Numbered from the stretch's first letter, positions 1 through 37,295 are shown. The stretch is DNA of 64,000 nucleotides from Amoebidium appalachense (GCA_963693365.1 CAVNZM010000012.1:6150889-6214888); one strand, 5' to 3'. Numbers and translations are program-made. The notes: generated by a model not told the origin, from the sequence alone.

Positions 1-460
1 GCGTGGGTCAAATCTCATATTTTCCCCTCTGATTTCGAATTCTGCGGCCTTCGGGACTTAATTCTTTTCAGCTGGTGTAGTATGTTAGCCAGGGAAGTGT
101 CGACTTAGGTAGCGACGGGGGAGCTTCCTAGAAGCGACGTCTTCTGAGTTCCTATCTATATTTTTCTTGCTTCTGCTTACTGCTGCAACTTTAACCCCCG
201 GCCTTTCCCACTGCCCTTGCCTGCATAAGCAACCCTGCTCGTCTCTGATCAAGACGGGTGACCTACCCATGTTCAAGTGAAACAGTATCTGAGTTGGGTT
301 TCGTTAACGAGGTGAATAGGTCGAAACTCGGGTACTGTGGATGACGTGGGCCCCCCCTGAGGATGGGCTCTGCCTATTATGCATACTCTTTATGTATGGC
401 TTGCATTCTGCATCGTGTTATCCGTTTGTTCTTGTGTACTTCGTACTTTTTGACGCATTC

Positions 461-500
<40 letters not shown>

Positions 501-537
501 CCCTCGCTTTCCCCTCCCCTTATTTGCCGTGTGCTGA

Positions 538-3105
<2,568 letters not shown>

Positions 3106-4083
3106 TGCCCCGCTGCCCAGAATAAACTGTTTATACCGCCCATGTTCATTTGAGTGGCTGGCTGGATATTACTAACCATGACCTCGTGCGCACTATCTCT
3201 CTCCCACTTGCTATTCTTCTTTTGCCCGATGTTCGTGTGATCCCTTGCGGTGCACAGGCTCATCTACTCCGAACTTCAAGATGGTTGGGCTGACACTGCG
3301 CATTATACCAACACCTACAAATATCAATCCATGCACTGACCGAATCTTATACATATTCGCACACAGCGACGGACCCACAGGCATGCATATACATTGGAAG
3401 GGGAAGGGGTGTGGGGGGGGGGGGGGGGGGGAAGGGGGGTCTTTTTGAGTGTTGGTGAGTGGGGTACGAAACATGTGTGCCCATCAGTCTGTGCTTGAGG
3501 GCCAGGCAAAAGGCAACACATGACTCCCAACCATGCATTTCGTGACATATTTGCTGGCCACGGTGACCATTTGCACTGACCCATCCGGGAGAATGACTCT
3601 CCTCCATCACCCCCCCATTCCCCGCCCCCTCCCCAACCCCAACCACCACCACCACCATCCCCCATATGCATTTTGTTCACAAGAAGCCCTGCGGCCATGC
3701 ACGCATTTTTAAAAGCGTTTCAAAAGTTCAAATTGTGCTGCCTGCATCCTGCCTCGATTGCAATGTTGTCTCACTCAACTTTTCTCACATCGCCCCGCCT
3801 AATCAGTGTTCCTAAAAAGTGTGTAAACCCTCTGAAGTTTCTCTCCCTCGATCCCGTTTTCAGTCCTCTCTCAGGCTCTTCGTCATTGCGGACTGCTCCA
3901 GCGAACGCTAGGCTGTTGGGGAATTTTCGAGAACGCGGCCACTTTGTCGATTCAAGGCCGTTTTGTAGGCCTTGAAAAATAAGAGTGTACCTTCAAAAAT
4001 ATAAATTCTAGCAGAAGCGAGTACTACTCCCCTCTCTCTCCCCTTCTCCCCTGGGCACAAATACAAATAAACCCCGCAATAGT

Positions 4084-4674
4084 GTGTGTGTGACTTTGGA
4101 CTGCCACTTACTTATTAAACATGTACACAATCACAAGATAATCACGCAATATAACAAATGGAAAAAGATACCACACGACACTAGACCCGATGAAAGCATA
4201 CACCTTGAAAAACTAAGCCTTATGTCTCGTTTTATATATACTGACCGCCTCAACCATATTGCCAAATATGGCACTCGCAAGTGTATAACACCTAAATACA
4301 TATTACCTTCCTGTAGAACTGGTCTTTCTCTAGCTGATGGTATTATTGATCAATTACCACGCTTTTACTGTACACGTGCTATACAGTGGAGATCTAATAA
4401 GTATAAGGTGGCATCATTTGCATGCCCAAACAACACACACACACACCAGTTTAACCGGTCATGTATCGCCAAATGTAGTTTGATAGACCACATAATACCG
4501 CAACACACACACGTCACATTCACAACAGACACCCAGAAAGATAGCCTACCTGTAAATTACAACATCCTTGATTCTATACTAAACACGCGTAACTACGACC
4601 TGTTTATTAGATGTATTGATTGGCTTGAGAAACACATCACTACAAAATTATAGCGCACGCGCACACACACACAC

Positions 4675-4725
<51 letters not shown>

Positions 4726-4757
4726 CCAGCTGATACCGAGTGTCCCGAGGGGAGCCC

Positions 4758-4806
<49 letters not shown>
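4084..4806 (+). mobile_element. 5'-truncated non-LTR retrotransposon (LINE-like) 3' end
   Basis: Intronless 189-codon ORF in AT-richer sequence with a Cys/His-containing segment (RAIQWRSN...CP..THQFNRSCIAKC...YNILDSILN), resembling C-termini of fungal/protist LINE ORF2 (from recall, not searched). It is followed by a short 3' UTR with the stem-loop AGGGGAGCCCCTT and an A45 tail at 4762-4806. No RT core or TSD seen. Confidence 0.6.
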
Positions 4807-4807
<1 letters not shown>

Positions 4808-5581
4808 GGGGAACCCCAACTAATTGATTTCTCCTTGTAGTCTTTATGGTGTCTCGTAGAGAAAGTAAACCCTGATATATAGTCACCACCCGACATCTAT
4901 GTACGTGATCATGATATACCGCTGAGGGGATATTCCGAGCAAAACCCCCCCCCCCATACCTGAGACTGGTTCTCTTTGCCTCGAGTAAACAGCGTAAACC
5001 CCCAGTACTACTACTGAATGGTAAGATGGAATGCGGCGAACAATACAGATAACATTCCTGAGATAGCGTAGACCAATCATAATAGTGCATCTGTGACCGA
5101 AAAAAGTTCTAAATTCGGAGTGCTATTTTTAGGTTCGCAGGGGCAGAGTTCGCAGGGCTGACGTTTCAGTACTTGCTATGCAGTTCTCATGTTTTAACTT
5201 CTTACCTTTGTGTAGGGCAGGCCATCTAATTATCTGTTCGTTTTACGATAAGAACAAAGTCAACTATGTCGGGTTCTTAAAGTTTTCAGCCCTTTATACA
5301 CACATACATCTTCAGGTACATCGTCTGGGCAGTTCATCCGAGTCGTGCTCTGGGTAATATGTTTCACTCGAGTCGATCCGAAGTAGACACAGCAGTAACA
5401 ACCCGCCTTTAATTTAGTATGACACACATTCTCGTACGCTAGCAGCAACATTGTTAAAATTCTCTCTGCATGAGCCATGCACAGTGAATAGTGCTCAAGC
5501 GCCTTCAAAGTTCCACGTAAGCCACCATCATGCACACTGTCAGCCCGACGTGCAAGCTGAGCCCACGCACCCACCCTTTCA

Positions 5582-6567
5582 CCTCCACGTGGGAACCCTC
5601 TCTCCTGTCGCCTTTGTCTCCCTCTCATTGTCCTGTTTGCCTGCGCCTGCCTGGCCTTGGCGTTTCTACCCCCACCGGCCACACACGATGCACACCCTGA
5701 GATCAACCATCATGATGATTATCTACGTGATGCTTACTATGATAGTGAGGAACTTCGTGCGAATCTCCTCATGAAACGACAACGTGAACTCCTGGGGCGA
5801 GTTTTACTTCAACCGACAGCTGAAGATTCAAACTCAGACACGGGGAATTGGAGTGGGGGCTCCGAAGCAAAGAGGGATTACGAAAGTGCAGGTGATGAAT
5901 CCTTAGACACCCCTACTTTGGATGAGATTGCGCAACGGGTGGCACAAGTACAGGAGCCATACAACTTAATGCCAGACGGTCCCATGGGGGGTTCCTTGGA
6001 CGACAACGAATATGCGGCCTCGCTATATGGAATGTTGACCGACCGGCCGCTGAGCGATTGGCTCGTTTCAGTTGGGGGGGGGGCCCCGGTCTAGTTATCT
6101 CTCCTCGCCCCTCCCTCTCTACTCTTATTCTAGGCATTTCAGTTGGGGAATTTCAGTTTTGTGCGATATGAGCCCCCACAAAGTGTGGGGACTCGGTGGT
6201 AATTTTCGAGAAATTTGTTTATCGGAATATCACGACGGGGAAGACGGTGTATGTTCGGGGTGAACACATGGCACAGTTTGCACGGGAGGTTTTGCCAACC
6301 GTGCCAATAGACGTCCGTTTTGTCTTGGTTACAGGTGTGTATCCCCCGGTTGAACCGATCCAGCGGAACATGCAGACTAATATTGGCCTGAGTATTTATT
6401 GCTATGACATTGTTTGAATGACCCCTGGCAGCGTACCATAACAAGAGTAACGCACGTAGGTGGTGCACACCACGGCTTGCGGCCCTTTATATGTCTGTGC
6501 TCGGTCAGTGGATGGATGTATGTAAACGAAGTTACGAAACGGTTTTTGTTTTGTGTTTTTTTTTTTT

Positions 6568-6610
<43 letters not shown>

Positions 6611-6801
6611 CACACGCAACAATTTTAAGTGGACTACCGACGAGTATGGTAACTTCGGTACATACGGTACATTGTTTATTTTTTGATTTTTATTTCCGTG
6701 CAGGGAGGGTTGGGGTGGTGTGTGTGTGTGGGGGGAGGGGGGAGGGGGGGGGGGGGGAGGGGGGGAGGGGGGAGGGATGTGTCTAGTGTTTCAGGGGGGG
6801 G

Positions 6802-6837
<36 letters not shown>

Positions 6838-7709
6838 AAAAGTTTAACCAGCACTGTGAGTTTTTCAATAGTCAATTGATAGTAAACCGGATGAGATTGC
6901 TCATCAAATCCTCCCACCCACAACCAACCACTGCAGGTGACAGCACACACACCATGCCCGATGGTATACCGACCAAGGACGGGCTACGTGACTATGTACT
7001 ATCCCACCCGAGTATATCCACGTGGTTTGCCCGGAATTTGGGCCCACTATCCCGCAACTATCCACACATGCACCCACTTCCTCTCGGGAACGACTTCCAC
7101 ACGCAATATCTTCGCCCGGGGACGTTTTCCTTGGACCGCATGCATCCGAGCGAGCAGAACGGATATATATACCGACTAGCCGACACTATACCTTTACACC
7201 ATCGCCTTACCAGCGTACACGTAAGCTTTCACCTCACGCCCAGCGACGAAAATTTCCCTTGGGGTGGCCCAAACTCCACTTGTAGCCGTGCCCACGTCGC
7301 GGACGTTTTGCGCAAAACTCTTCCGCGGGAAAATGTTGCGTTTTTGGAGGGGAAAATGGACAGACAGCAGTCGTGGCGTGAGCAAGTACCTTTTGCATTT
7401 GTTGCCAGTGCCTATGGGAGGGGGTTGGACTGCCATCGTACGGGGGAGGCGTTGCAGCTAGGTCACGTGGTGTTGATGCAAAGGACCAATCACGCGGAGT
7501 TTTGGCACATGTTCGATGGGCTGCCTGTGATTCTATTGGATAGTTGGGATGAGGTCACTGTGGATAGTTTGAGACGGTGGCATCTCCAGTGGGCGAAAAT
7601 CATGCGGCAGCCTGACCGGATAAAGGAGATAAGGCATAGGCTGTCTCTGGCTTATTGGTGGGATAAGGTTAGAGGGGCGGCGAAGAAAATAGCTGCAACA
7701 AGTGTATGA
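5582..7709 (+). CDS. Exostosin/GT47-like glycosyltransferase-fold protein with an N-terminal hydrophobic anchor; start and 5' splicing unresolved, possibly decaying
   Basis: Hydrophobic LPLIVLFACACLALAFL near 5620-5670. Segments SWGISVLCD (~6141) and KTVYVRGEHMAQFAREVLP...FVLVT (~6241-6334) join by a GT-AG intron (6335-6936) to GDS...WFARN...PLPLGNDFHT...AFVASAYGRGLDCHRTGEALQLG...FDGLPVILLDSWDEV...LSLAYWW, stop at 7709. No in-frame ATG found, and there is a frame change near 6190. Confidence 0.65.
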
Positions 7710-8517
7710 ATGTTTGAGATGTTGAACTTCGAAATGTGAAGTTGGTCTATTAGCCTTTTGTGGGTGGTTTGATTAATGAGTTTGTGTATGCGTTGTGGCG
7801 GGCCGTTTCTACCGGACTAGAATGCAAGTATGGCTACATGCGACTGAACTTCCATCAAAATAATTGTTCAATAACTCAGTTCAAAGCATACTTTGTAAGG
7901 AATTGCTACCACATGGCTGTTATGACAAACGAATACAAAACATGTGGTATAATGAATATTCTAACACCCCTACCGGGTATCATATTGTCTGTAGACCGAT
8001 ATCAGATTAATTAAGTTAAATTACGAAGGTTCCACATGCAATCAGAGTTAGTGGCAAAGCACGGTCACGTGTGTACACACCTACCCACTGTGTGCTGCCT
8101 CATACCACACTGTAGACACTGACATGTAAACCCACGCCGGGCCCTGTCATTCCATCGTGCACATGGTGTAATACGCAATTTGTGCACAATTTGATGGTAA
8201 TATGTATCTTAGTATCGTATGCGAATGTTGTTGATGATCATGAAAATTTAACACAATGTCATGATTCTAATTTGTCAGTCGTTTTATGAAAACTTTTTCT
8301 TGCGCGCCAAATCTTCCCGCCCAAATTTCCATATAAAGCTAATCAGTCAGATCGTGTGCAAATTTAGGTCGATGCCACGCTCCCTCCCTCGTTACCCCCC
8401 CCCTCCCCCCCCCTGCTCCCCTCCTTGCCGCCCCCTCCCCCCCCCCCCCCCCCCCCCCCCCTTTCCTCCCACCCCCCGCCCCGGCCCCTCCCGGTTTGGG
8501 CGCACACAAATATGCAT

Positions 8518-8553
<36 letters not shown>

Positions 8554-8561
8554 ACACACAC

Positions 8562-8597
<36 letters not shown>

Positions 8598-9336
8598 GCA
8601 CACTCACTGTACACACACACACACACACACACACACGTGGTGCACCACCACCACCACGTACCACAAGTGTGCGCACACTGGCACACACCACACATGCACA
8701 CACATGTACATATATATGCTGAGAGTGCTGCACAATTTGAACACGAACACACGTGCACCGTGACACACACACACGCACAACAATGTTGCATGCGCGCACA
8801 CACGCACCGTGGCGGTTGTGACCCGTACTAGAGCGTACGAGAGAGAATTACATAGAACCATTTGAACGGGGCCCTGACGTTCGACGCACTGAACAATGTG
8901 GGTTGCCAGGCTCATGACTGTCAAGCGTGTAGATGTAATGGTGTTTTGCGATGCATATATTAACAGCGGGGCTGAATCAATTAGTGGCACTTAGTGTTTC
9001 AGATGGAGAAAATCATACCAAATTCAGACAACGTCTCACCATTCAAAAAGTTCCCCAGCCCCAGGGTACCGGTGACAAAGTAAATGGTGTTGGGTACGTA
9101 TACCGGTGGGCTGCAGGGAGGGTTGCGTGGGAGTGGGGTTAGTGTGGTGGTGGTGGTGGTGGTGGTAGTGGTGGTGGTGTTCACGTGACTCTGTGTATGT
9201 GTATTTACATGTGTATGTATGTGTGCGAGTGTGTGTTTTTGTGTTTGCGTGTGGTATCATAATGGGGGGGGGGGGGGGAGGGGGGGGAGGCCGGGGGAGG
9301 GGGGATTTTATATCTTTTATTTTTTATTCTTGGCCG

Positions 9337-9380
<44 letters not shown>

Positions 9381-10436
9381 TGTGCTCTATAGAGCATTTT
9401 TACTATGTTGCAAATCAAGCGGGACTTGGCCATGGAGTCTCTCATATATCGATGTCACACGTTGAAAGTAAAAGTATCTCAAAGAACTCAGTATATGAAA
9501 GTCTTTTGCGATCGCAGGAAGCACTTCAGAAAGGCATGCACTCGAGCTCATACATGCTCAGAGTTTGACTGAAGGGAAAAAGTGGCGGAGCTCGCTCGAG
9601 CGTGTCGATGAGGTTGGGGATAAGTATAACTGATTGAATTTATGTATAAACTTGATGTACAGCGCTAGCAAGGGAGCAATCATTTAAGAAGACACGGGAG
9701 GCTATAAGGAGAGAAAACGAGAGGATGGGGGGGGGGGGGGGGGGGGGGGGGGAGGGCTACATAATAAGAGGTAGGAGACATCAATCACGGGACTCATGCG
9801 ACTCAGAGTATATATGTATATGGTCGAAGATTTACTTCCCTTTTCCCCATCCGTGTCAAACGGAGAGACCCAACTACACATACATCCACGGCATTATGGA
9901 CACATGCAAAACCTTAACATCTGCAGCTTTGTTACCTCAAAGTCCACACACAAGGGGGCTAAAAAAAAAAAAAAAAAAAGAAAAAAGAAAAAGAAGAAGA
10001 GAGAGGCACGTAAACTGCAGAGGAAAGATTCTGAAGCAAGAACAGCAAAACCTACTTGTGCAATTGGAACCCCCTCCTCTGCTATCGCCCGATTATGGAT
10101 CTAGAATCGTGTTCAATGGTTAACCCTCTCAAAAGCATATTAAAGTTCATAGCCAGCTTTTAAAATCAGCCGCATATATATTTCTATTTACAGGTGTCTA
10201 GCTAATCTACCCCCCCCCCCCCCCCCCCCACCTCACCCCCCGCGGTCGTCAAATCAAACTCCTAACCCCACCATCACCTAAGCGCGGCTGTGGCTGCCGC
10301 AAAGCAAACACAGTCCCCCCCCCCCCCCCCCCCCAAAAAAAAAAAAAAAAAAAAAAACACCATCAACAACCTAAAAAGGTGGGCGTTTTTTCACATGTCA
10401 CAAAACTATAAAAGTCACACACAAATTTGGCAGAAA

Positions 10437-30570
<20,134 letters not shown>

Positions 30571-31276
30571 AGTGGCGGTATGCTATCCCTACCACTTCCG
30601 TATACTATATAGCTGTAGAGTTACCAAAAAGTACAACACAACGCGGCACAAAAAGCTAAGTTCATGACTGATCGTGCAACGGCAACGAGTGCACGTGTAA
30701 CATTGAAAGGCCAGGTGCGCAGTTAGAAAGAGCCAATCAGCAATAAGAAAGAGAATGCTCGTTCCGCCAATCAAAGAGTGATAAGCTGACGGAGCCTTAC
30801 GTAAGGGAGATGTGACAGTACATACAAAGCCGATGTTCGAAATTTTGAAAGCGCCACGCTGCGCCAGCAGCTGGCCATGGGAAGGAGCCGGCCGACACGG
30901 TTGAAAAAGAGCAAGCCAACACAGAGAAAGGAGCCAGCCGAGACCTGCCCTTGAGTGGTCAAAAATATAAGAAGAAGCCTTTCAAAACGGTTGTTGGCCC
31001 TATTAGGGCCATCCAGGCTTGAGGAAAGAATTGCTAAATGGCACTTTGTTATGTTTCATACCCTGCAATAGAACACGGTGACCCACTGACTCGGAACCTC
31101 GGGAATATTTGAGCGGCTGGCAGGCTGGGTTGAAGTTCATGTTCAGTCAAAAAAAAAAAAAAAAAAATCGAAAATAATAAATTAGTCAAGGCTTGCCTGC
31201 ATGCTGCAAGCTCAAGCCATTCATCAGGCCTTGCGTTATTTCTCGTTCCTGTTATTTTTCGTGAATACATACCACT
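30571..31276. promoter_or_regulatory. Compact divergent (bidirectional) promoter region
   Basis: Head-to-head start codons (30570 on -, 31277 on +). Nearly free of microsatellites; GCCAATCA boxes at ~30732 and ~30766; CACGTG at ~30692. Confidence 0.55.
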
Positions 31277-31945
31277 ATGACCCCCAACCACCACCCAGAC
31301 AAGGGCAGCTCTGGCACTGCTGCTGACCCAGAGCCAGCACTGGAGGTCAGGCGTCCTTTGCAGGGCCTCAATGCGAATCAGGATCCTTTTGCCCCCACAG
31401 AGCCAGAGGAAGGCTGGTATGTTGTACTTGTACACTGTGATAGCGCCCCCCCCTCTCCTCCCCCCAACCCACCCACTCAACCCCCCCACTCCCCCCCCCC
31501 CCCCCCGGCCCCCTCTCCCGCCCCCCCCCCCCCCTCCCCCCCCTGCCCCCCCCCCCCCCCCCCCCGCCCCCCCCCGAACAACACGACCACCACCACCACC
31601 ACCACCACCCTCGTCTTACCTGTTGTCGCACCCATTCACACCTAACCGTGACCACACACAAGCTGGGCCCATGCCAAGGCACACACGCATACACCCTCGA
31701 CGGCAACCTTTCTTTTCCGCATTGACACACAAACCAGCCCTTGCAGAAGGCACTATAGAGCACGCGTGCACACATGCAGTCTTTTACCAAAAAAAAAAAA
31801 GAAAGCATCCTTTCACATATCGACATTTTGCAGCCACCAAACCACGACACAGGGGATACGCGATGCGCACAAGCGCGTACACACTGGAGGACCACGTACG
31901 CGCATACAAGCACTTGTGCGCACGTACGCAGGCATGCACACAAGG

Positions 31946-32038
<93 letters not shown>

Positions 32039-32897
32039 GGGCCCACCTTAAATGGTGCGATCACTGAGTCTCCTGTACTCTGCTTTTCTTCCTGGTATTG
32101 ATTTTTGTCAACATTCTTGATGGTTGCTTACACGTCAGGGTGTCTTTGGGGTACACAGTGCTCAAGCCATCATTTGCTGTCCTATTCACCCTTCCAAGCC
32201 TCAGTGAATCTCGTATTGACTTAGTCTCCGTGTTCATTCCTGCATCGGCCATCGTTTGCCCAACATCAATTCTAGAGTCTCATTTTTTTTTTTTCTTGCA
32301 GGAAGCTTGAGGAATGGGCCAAGTTTGACGGGCCACCCTCCGTGGAGGTGAGCACACAAAACCATGTTGAAGTTCTGCAACCATTGGACCCTCTGGGCTT
32401 GGTCCAACCAACTGCGCAGCAGGTGGGCGTTAGCTCTCTCTATCCCCCTCCCTCCCTTCTTCCCTCCCTCTGTCCCTCCCTCCCTCCCTCCCTCCCTCGC
32501 TCTCTCCCACACATACACGATCTCAGTGATTCATCACTGTCTTGTGCCCCTTCATCCCCTCCCCCCTCCCCCCCCCCCCCCCCCCCCTCCCCCTCCCCCC
32601 CCCCCCCCCTCCTCCTCCTCCCACTTGTCTTTTGTTTCAAAGAGGAGACCGGAGAAGTAGGGAATTCAATTATTCGCAGTCATTTTTGTTGCCCGCGCTA
32701 TGATTTTTTAAACGTTTGGACTTTGTACTAAGTGTCAGTTTGTTGTAGGGGTGGTGCAGAGGGTAGGGTGTGCGTGTGTGGATGGATGGATAGATTGATG
32801 GCTTTTGGATGAGATGTGTGGATTTTGGGGGGGATGCGGGGGAAGGGGGGCGGGGGGGGGGGGAGGGGGGGGGGGAGGAGGGGGGGGGTTGTACATG

Positions 32898-32968
<71 letters not shown>

Positions 32969-34362
32969 CTCAGCCTTGGTGGGGTGTGTTGGTGTGGATG
33001 GATTAGTGGACATGTGTGTGTGTGTGTTGGGGGGGGGGGAAAGGGGAGGGGAGGAGGATAAAATATGGGACTTGATTAAGTGATTTTGTCTGTGGGTGGG
33101 TTTGTTGATGTGTGTGTGGTGGTGGTGATGGGGGGGGGGGGGGGGGGGGGGGGGGGGGTAGGGGGCAGGGGGTGGGTGGGTGATGGGATGAAATGTTGGC
33201 CATAACGGCTTGGTGGGATGGAATGTACAATCAGGAAATTCACCTCAGATAAATACTGTTACTTATTTTTGAGTGATGGTGTAGGAGGTTGATCCCTTCA
33301 AGGAGGGGGTGTGCAAGAACAAGGGTCGGCCCGAAGCGTTGAGGTGGACCATCACTACACAGGAGGAGGAGGAGGAGGCGGCAAATTATCTCAGCTCACT
33401 GGGTGGGTGTACGTGGTGTTCGCGTGTGTGTACGTGTGTGTACGTGTGCATGTGCTCCGTGTGTGTGTGTGGGTGGGTGGATGGTCGGGTGTGTTGTGTG
33501 TGTGTGTGTGTGCGCGCGCGCGGGTGTGCGTGCGTGCGTATACTTTTGCAAGTGACTGAATATGTGGGTGTGGGTGCAGTTGTATGTGTCTGTTTGCAAG
33601 TGCTTCTAGGTGTGCTTGTGTGTGTGTGCGTGAGGATGTGTGTAGGTGTGCCTGTGGGTGTGGATAATAAGGGCCTATAGCATCTGCGGATCCGACTTGT
33701 GTGTAATGCGCACTTGGGTGTGTGTTTTTTGACGTGTGTATGCTTGTGCGTGGTGATTTGTGTAGGTGTGTGTGTGGTTTTGCTTGTAGGTGTGTGAATT
33801 TTTGGTCGTAGGTGTGTTGATGTACATCATGCACGTGTTTTTTTTTATGTGGAACATGTCTGCGTGTCAATACCTGTGATTATGCTCGGCTCTAGGTTCG
33901 TGTCCTGATTACAAGGCTACAATGTATGTCAAAAGCCAAGCATGTGTCTGTGGACATGTCTGTTCGTGCACATGTGTTGTATTTTTGCATGCTGTGCGAA
34001 ACGATGTGTACATGCTCTTGTGGCTGATACACACCGTCGTACGTCAATTAACATGTGTGTATGTGTATGCGTGTCTGTGTTGCTGTGCCGCACTTTTCAG
34101 CTTCTCAGTGTATGCGTGCAATAAAGAAGCACACGAATAGAGGACTGGGCAGCATACATGCGGGACAAATAATTTTTTGCACCTGAATACCCCGCCCCGT
34201 ATGGATGCACTTGGGCTCTTTTCCAGGCGTTGTAGTGCTGTGATGTATAGATAATGCACACTCACATCTGGATATCCCCCCCCCCCCCCCCCCCCCCCGG
34301 CCCCCCGCCCATGATACCACATGCCCACGCGCACACACGCACACATGCGCACACGTATGCGT

Positions 34363-34408
<46 letters not shown>

Positions 34409-35175
34409 TCAGAGCGCAAGCTCGAGCGGCTGATGAAATCCAAGGAGAAGGCTGTTGGGTCTGCCAGCGATGGTGTGGGTAAGTGCTATGTTATTAACAA
34501 GCCTATCCAGCTAATGTTTTTATTCATTATTTATTTATTAGCACAGATGAGGGCTGGTGACTCACACAAACATTAAGGTGCATTTTACTCTATTTCGGAG
34601 CTTAGTAGGGCTCTCTTATATGGCACGCGCTCCTTTGTGGGCACGTACAATATTAGGAAACTCACGAATGTAGTCTGACTATGATATGAAGTATAACTGA
34701 CGCCATTCTGCCGTCCTTCCGCGAAATGCCGAAGTGAACACCCTAACATATTGTTCATACGCACGCTGCTTGGTCGATGTATGAAAGTTATACATACTGT
34801 TGGCTGGATAGTGTGGTTGAACAACACACGTCTTGTCTTTTTGATCAAAAGGTTTTCAGAGAACCCCCTTGTGACAAAGTCGAAACAACAGTCTTGATCA
34901 TTTGTTAAGCACGAAAACTACTCTTTATGTCCCCCTGTGTTTCTTTATGCCTTTTGTCGCCTGGACCTTCTTCGGATCAATCTCGTTTGCCTAGGCCATA
35001 GGCGAAGGGGGGTGGGGGTGGGGGTGGGGAAGGGGGGAAGGGGGAAGGGGGGAAGGGGAGGGGTTGTCTGTGTCTGTGTATGTACATGCCTGCGACTGTG
35101 TCTTGCTTGTGTGTTGGTGCGTGCTTGCGTGCCCGTGCATGCAATATGCATGGGAGCAGTGCGCACATTTGTGTG

Positions 35176-35271
<96 letters not shown>

Positions 35272-35275
35272 TGTG

Positions 35276-35343
<68 letters not shown>

Positions 35344-35346
35344 TGT

Positions 35347-35399
<53 letters not shown>

Positions 35400-35825
35400 G
35401 TACTACCTCATGTGCTTCTGGACTATCGTGCAAGTACGAAGGTAATGTGGCTCCTTCTGTCTGTGTGAGTATGGGTAATGTTTGCATGTCTTTTTTTTTT
35501 TTGTTACACCTCCAGTGTATTTTGGCCATCGTGAGTGTACGGACGTTGTGTTCTCACAATCACAAGTGTTGATGTGTTTTTTTTCACCAGCTGCAGAACT
35601 TGCTGCCCGCATAGAGGATACAGACTATCAGAGCCAGTACGAGGGTCCGTAGCCTCCCTCCCCCCCCCCCCCCCCCCCCCCCCGTTTTTTTTTTTTTACG
35701 GGTGTTTGGCAATCTGTGTTCTGTTGTCAACCATGAGCGTGTACTTCGCACTCTCTAAGCATTCTTACCCCCCCCCCCCCCCCCACCCACCCACACCCCC
35801 TCCCCCTACTTCCCCTCCACACACA

Positions 35826-35864
<39 letters not shown>

Positions 35865-36544
35865 ATGATAAACTTCATTCTATTCTCGTTGTGCTTTAGT
35901 ATCTCTCACCCCCTTTTTTTTTTTTTTGCAAAAGTTGCTTGGCGATGTCCATCGTGAATATGTACATAGTCTGAAGCCCCTCCCCCCCCCCCCCTCCCCC
36001 CCCCCCCCCCCCCCCCCCCCCCCCATCCCGAGGCTGCCGGTTTCGGGGCAAGTTGAATGTTGGGGCTGGAAGATGGGCACTGTGTATAATATGGGCCCCC
36101 GTGAGAATGGTTAATCGTTAATGTAGTGGCATTCGTGTGGGATGTTGGTGTTCTGCATGCCAATATGTATGCTAGCTCATATTTTATGTTATGCTGTTTC
36201 ACACACCCCAAAGCCCTTCAGTCCCACCAAATAGCCACCCCCACACACACTTAGGGGCAGGGCAGCATGTAACTAGCAAACAGGTAATCGTGGCACCTCC
36301 TTAATTGTGAGATGAATGCAAGAAGCAGCCACAGAGACCTGAACATGTATGATCAAGTGAACTGGGGTGATTGCAGTGGTTTATGCTACTGTATAGGGAG
36401 GGAGTGCCCGGGGGGAGAAAGAGGGGGGGGGGGGGGGGGGGGGGAAGACGTGTGCAAGCATTTGGGTGTGCGTGTGTGTGCCGGCTCGGGGGGGCAAGAC
36501 TGCTCGTTTGCTTGCTATGCAGCCTCAACCAGTCCCTTCGTATT

Positions 36545-36601
<57 letters not shown>

Positions 36602-36768
36602 CTAATCCCTACCGATTGTCCACACTATCTTGTTTTCTGCTTGCCTTTTATTTTCAGAGCACGAACATTTGCTTTTGACTGACCTGCCCCTCCCGTTCCC
36701 CTTCGGGCCCCATACATTTGCACGTTTGCACACACACAGACACCCCCCCCCCCCCCCCCCCTCCCCCC

Positions 36769-36799
<31 letters not shown>

Positions 36800-37093
36800 A
36801 CACACCGCAGACGACAGTGTTGACAGCAGGCCCCAAGTGTCGCTCATCCAAGACGTGGAAGTGGTGGAGAAGCCTCTGAGCACATGGGAGGGGGAGGGGG
36901 AGAAAGAAGGAGTGGATGGGGAGGGGGGCAAAGGGGGGAAGCTAGCTCGGAGGGGGAGGAGGAGGACACGGAAGAGAGTGGTAGTGAGCAGGACGAGGTA
37001 GGGGATCCCCCCCACCACCACCACCACCCCCGCCCCTCCCTCTCCCCTTCCCTCTCTTCTCCTTCCTCCCCCTCCCCTCACCCAACCACAGAC

Positions 37094-37175
<82 letters not shown>

Positions 37176-37211
37176 CCACTTCCTCCCCAAACACATACAT
37201 GCATGCACACA

Positions 37212-37295
<84 letters not shown>

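Noticed and set aside
32036-32094. Third CG-acceptor exon after a (CA)n tract (CACCG|GG...)
   Set aside because: Phase is incompatible with the upstream donor, and exon 31416 joins 32302 canonically in frame.
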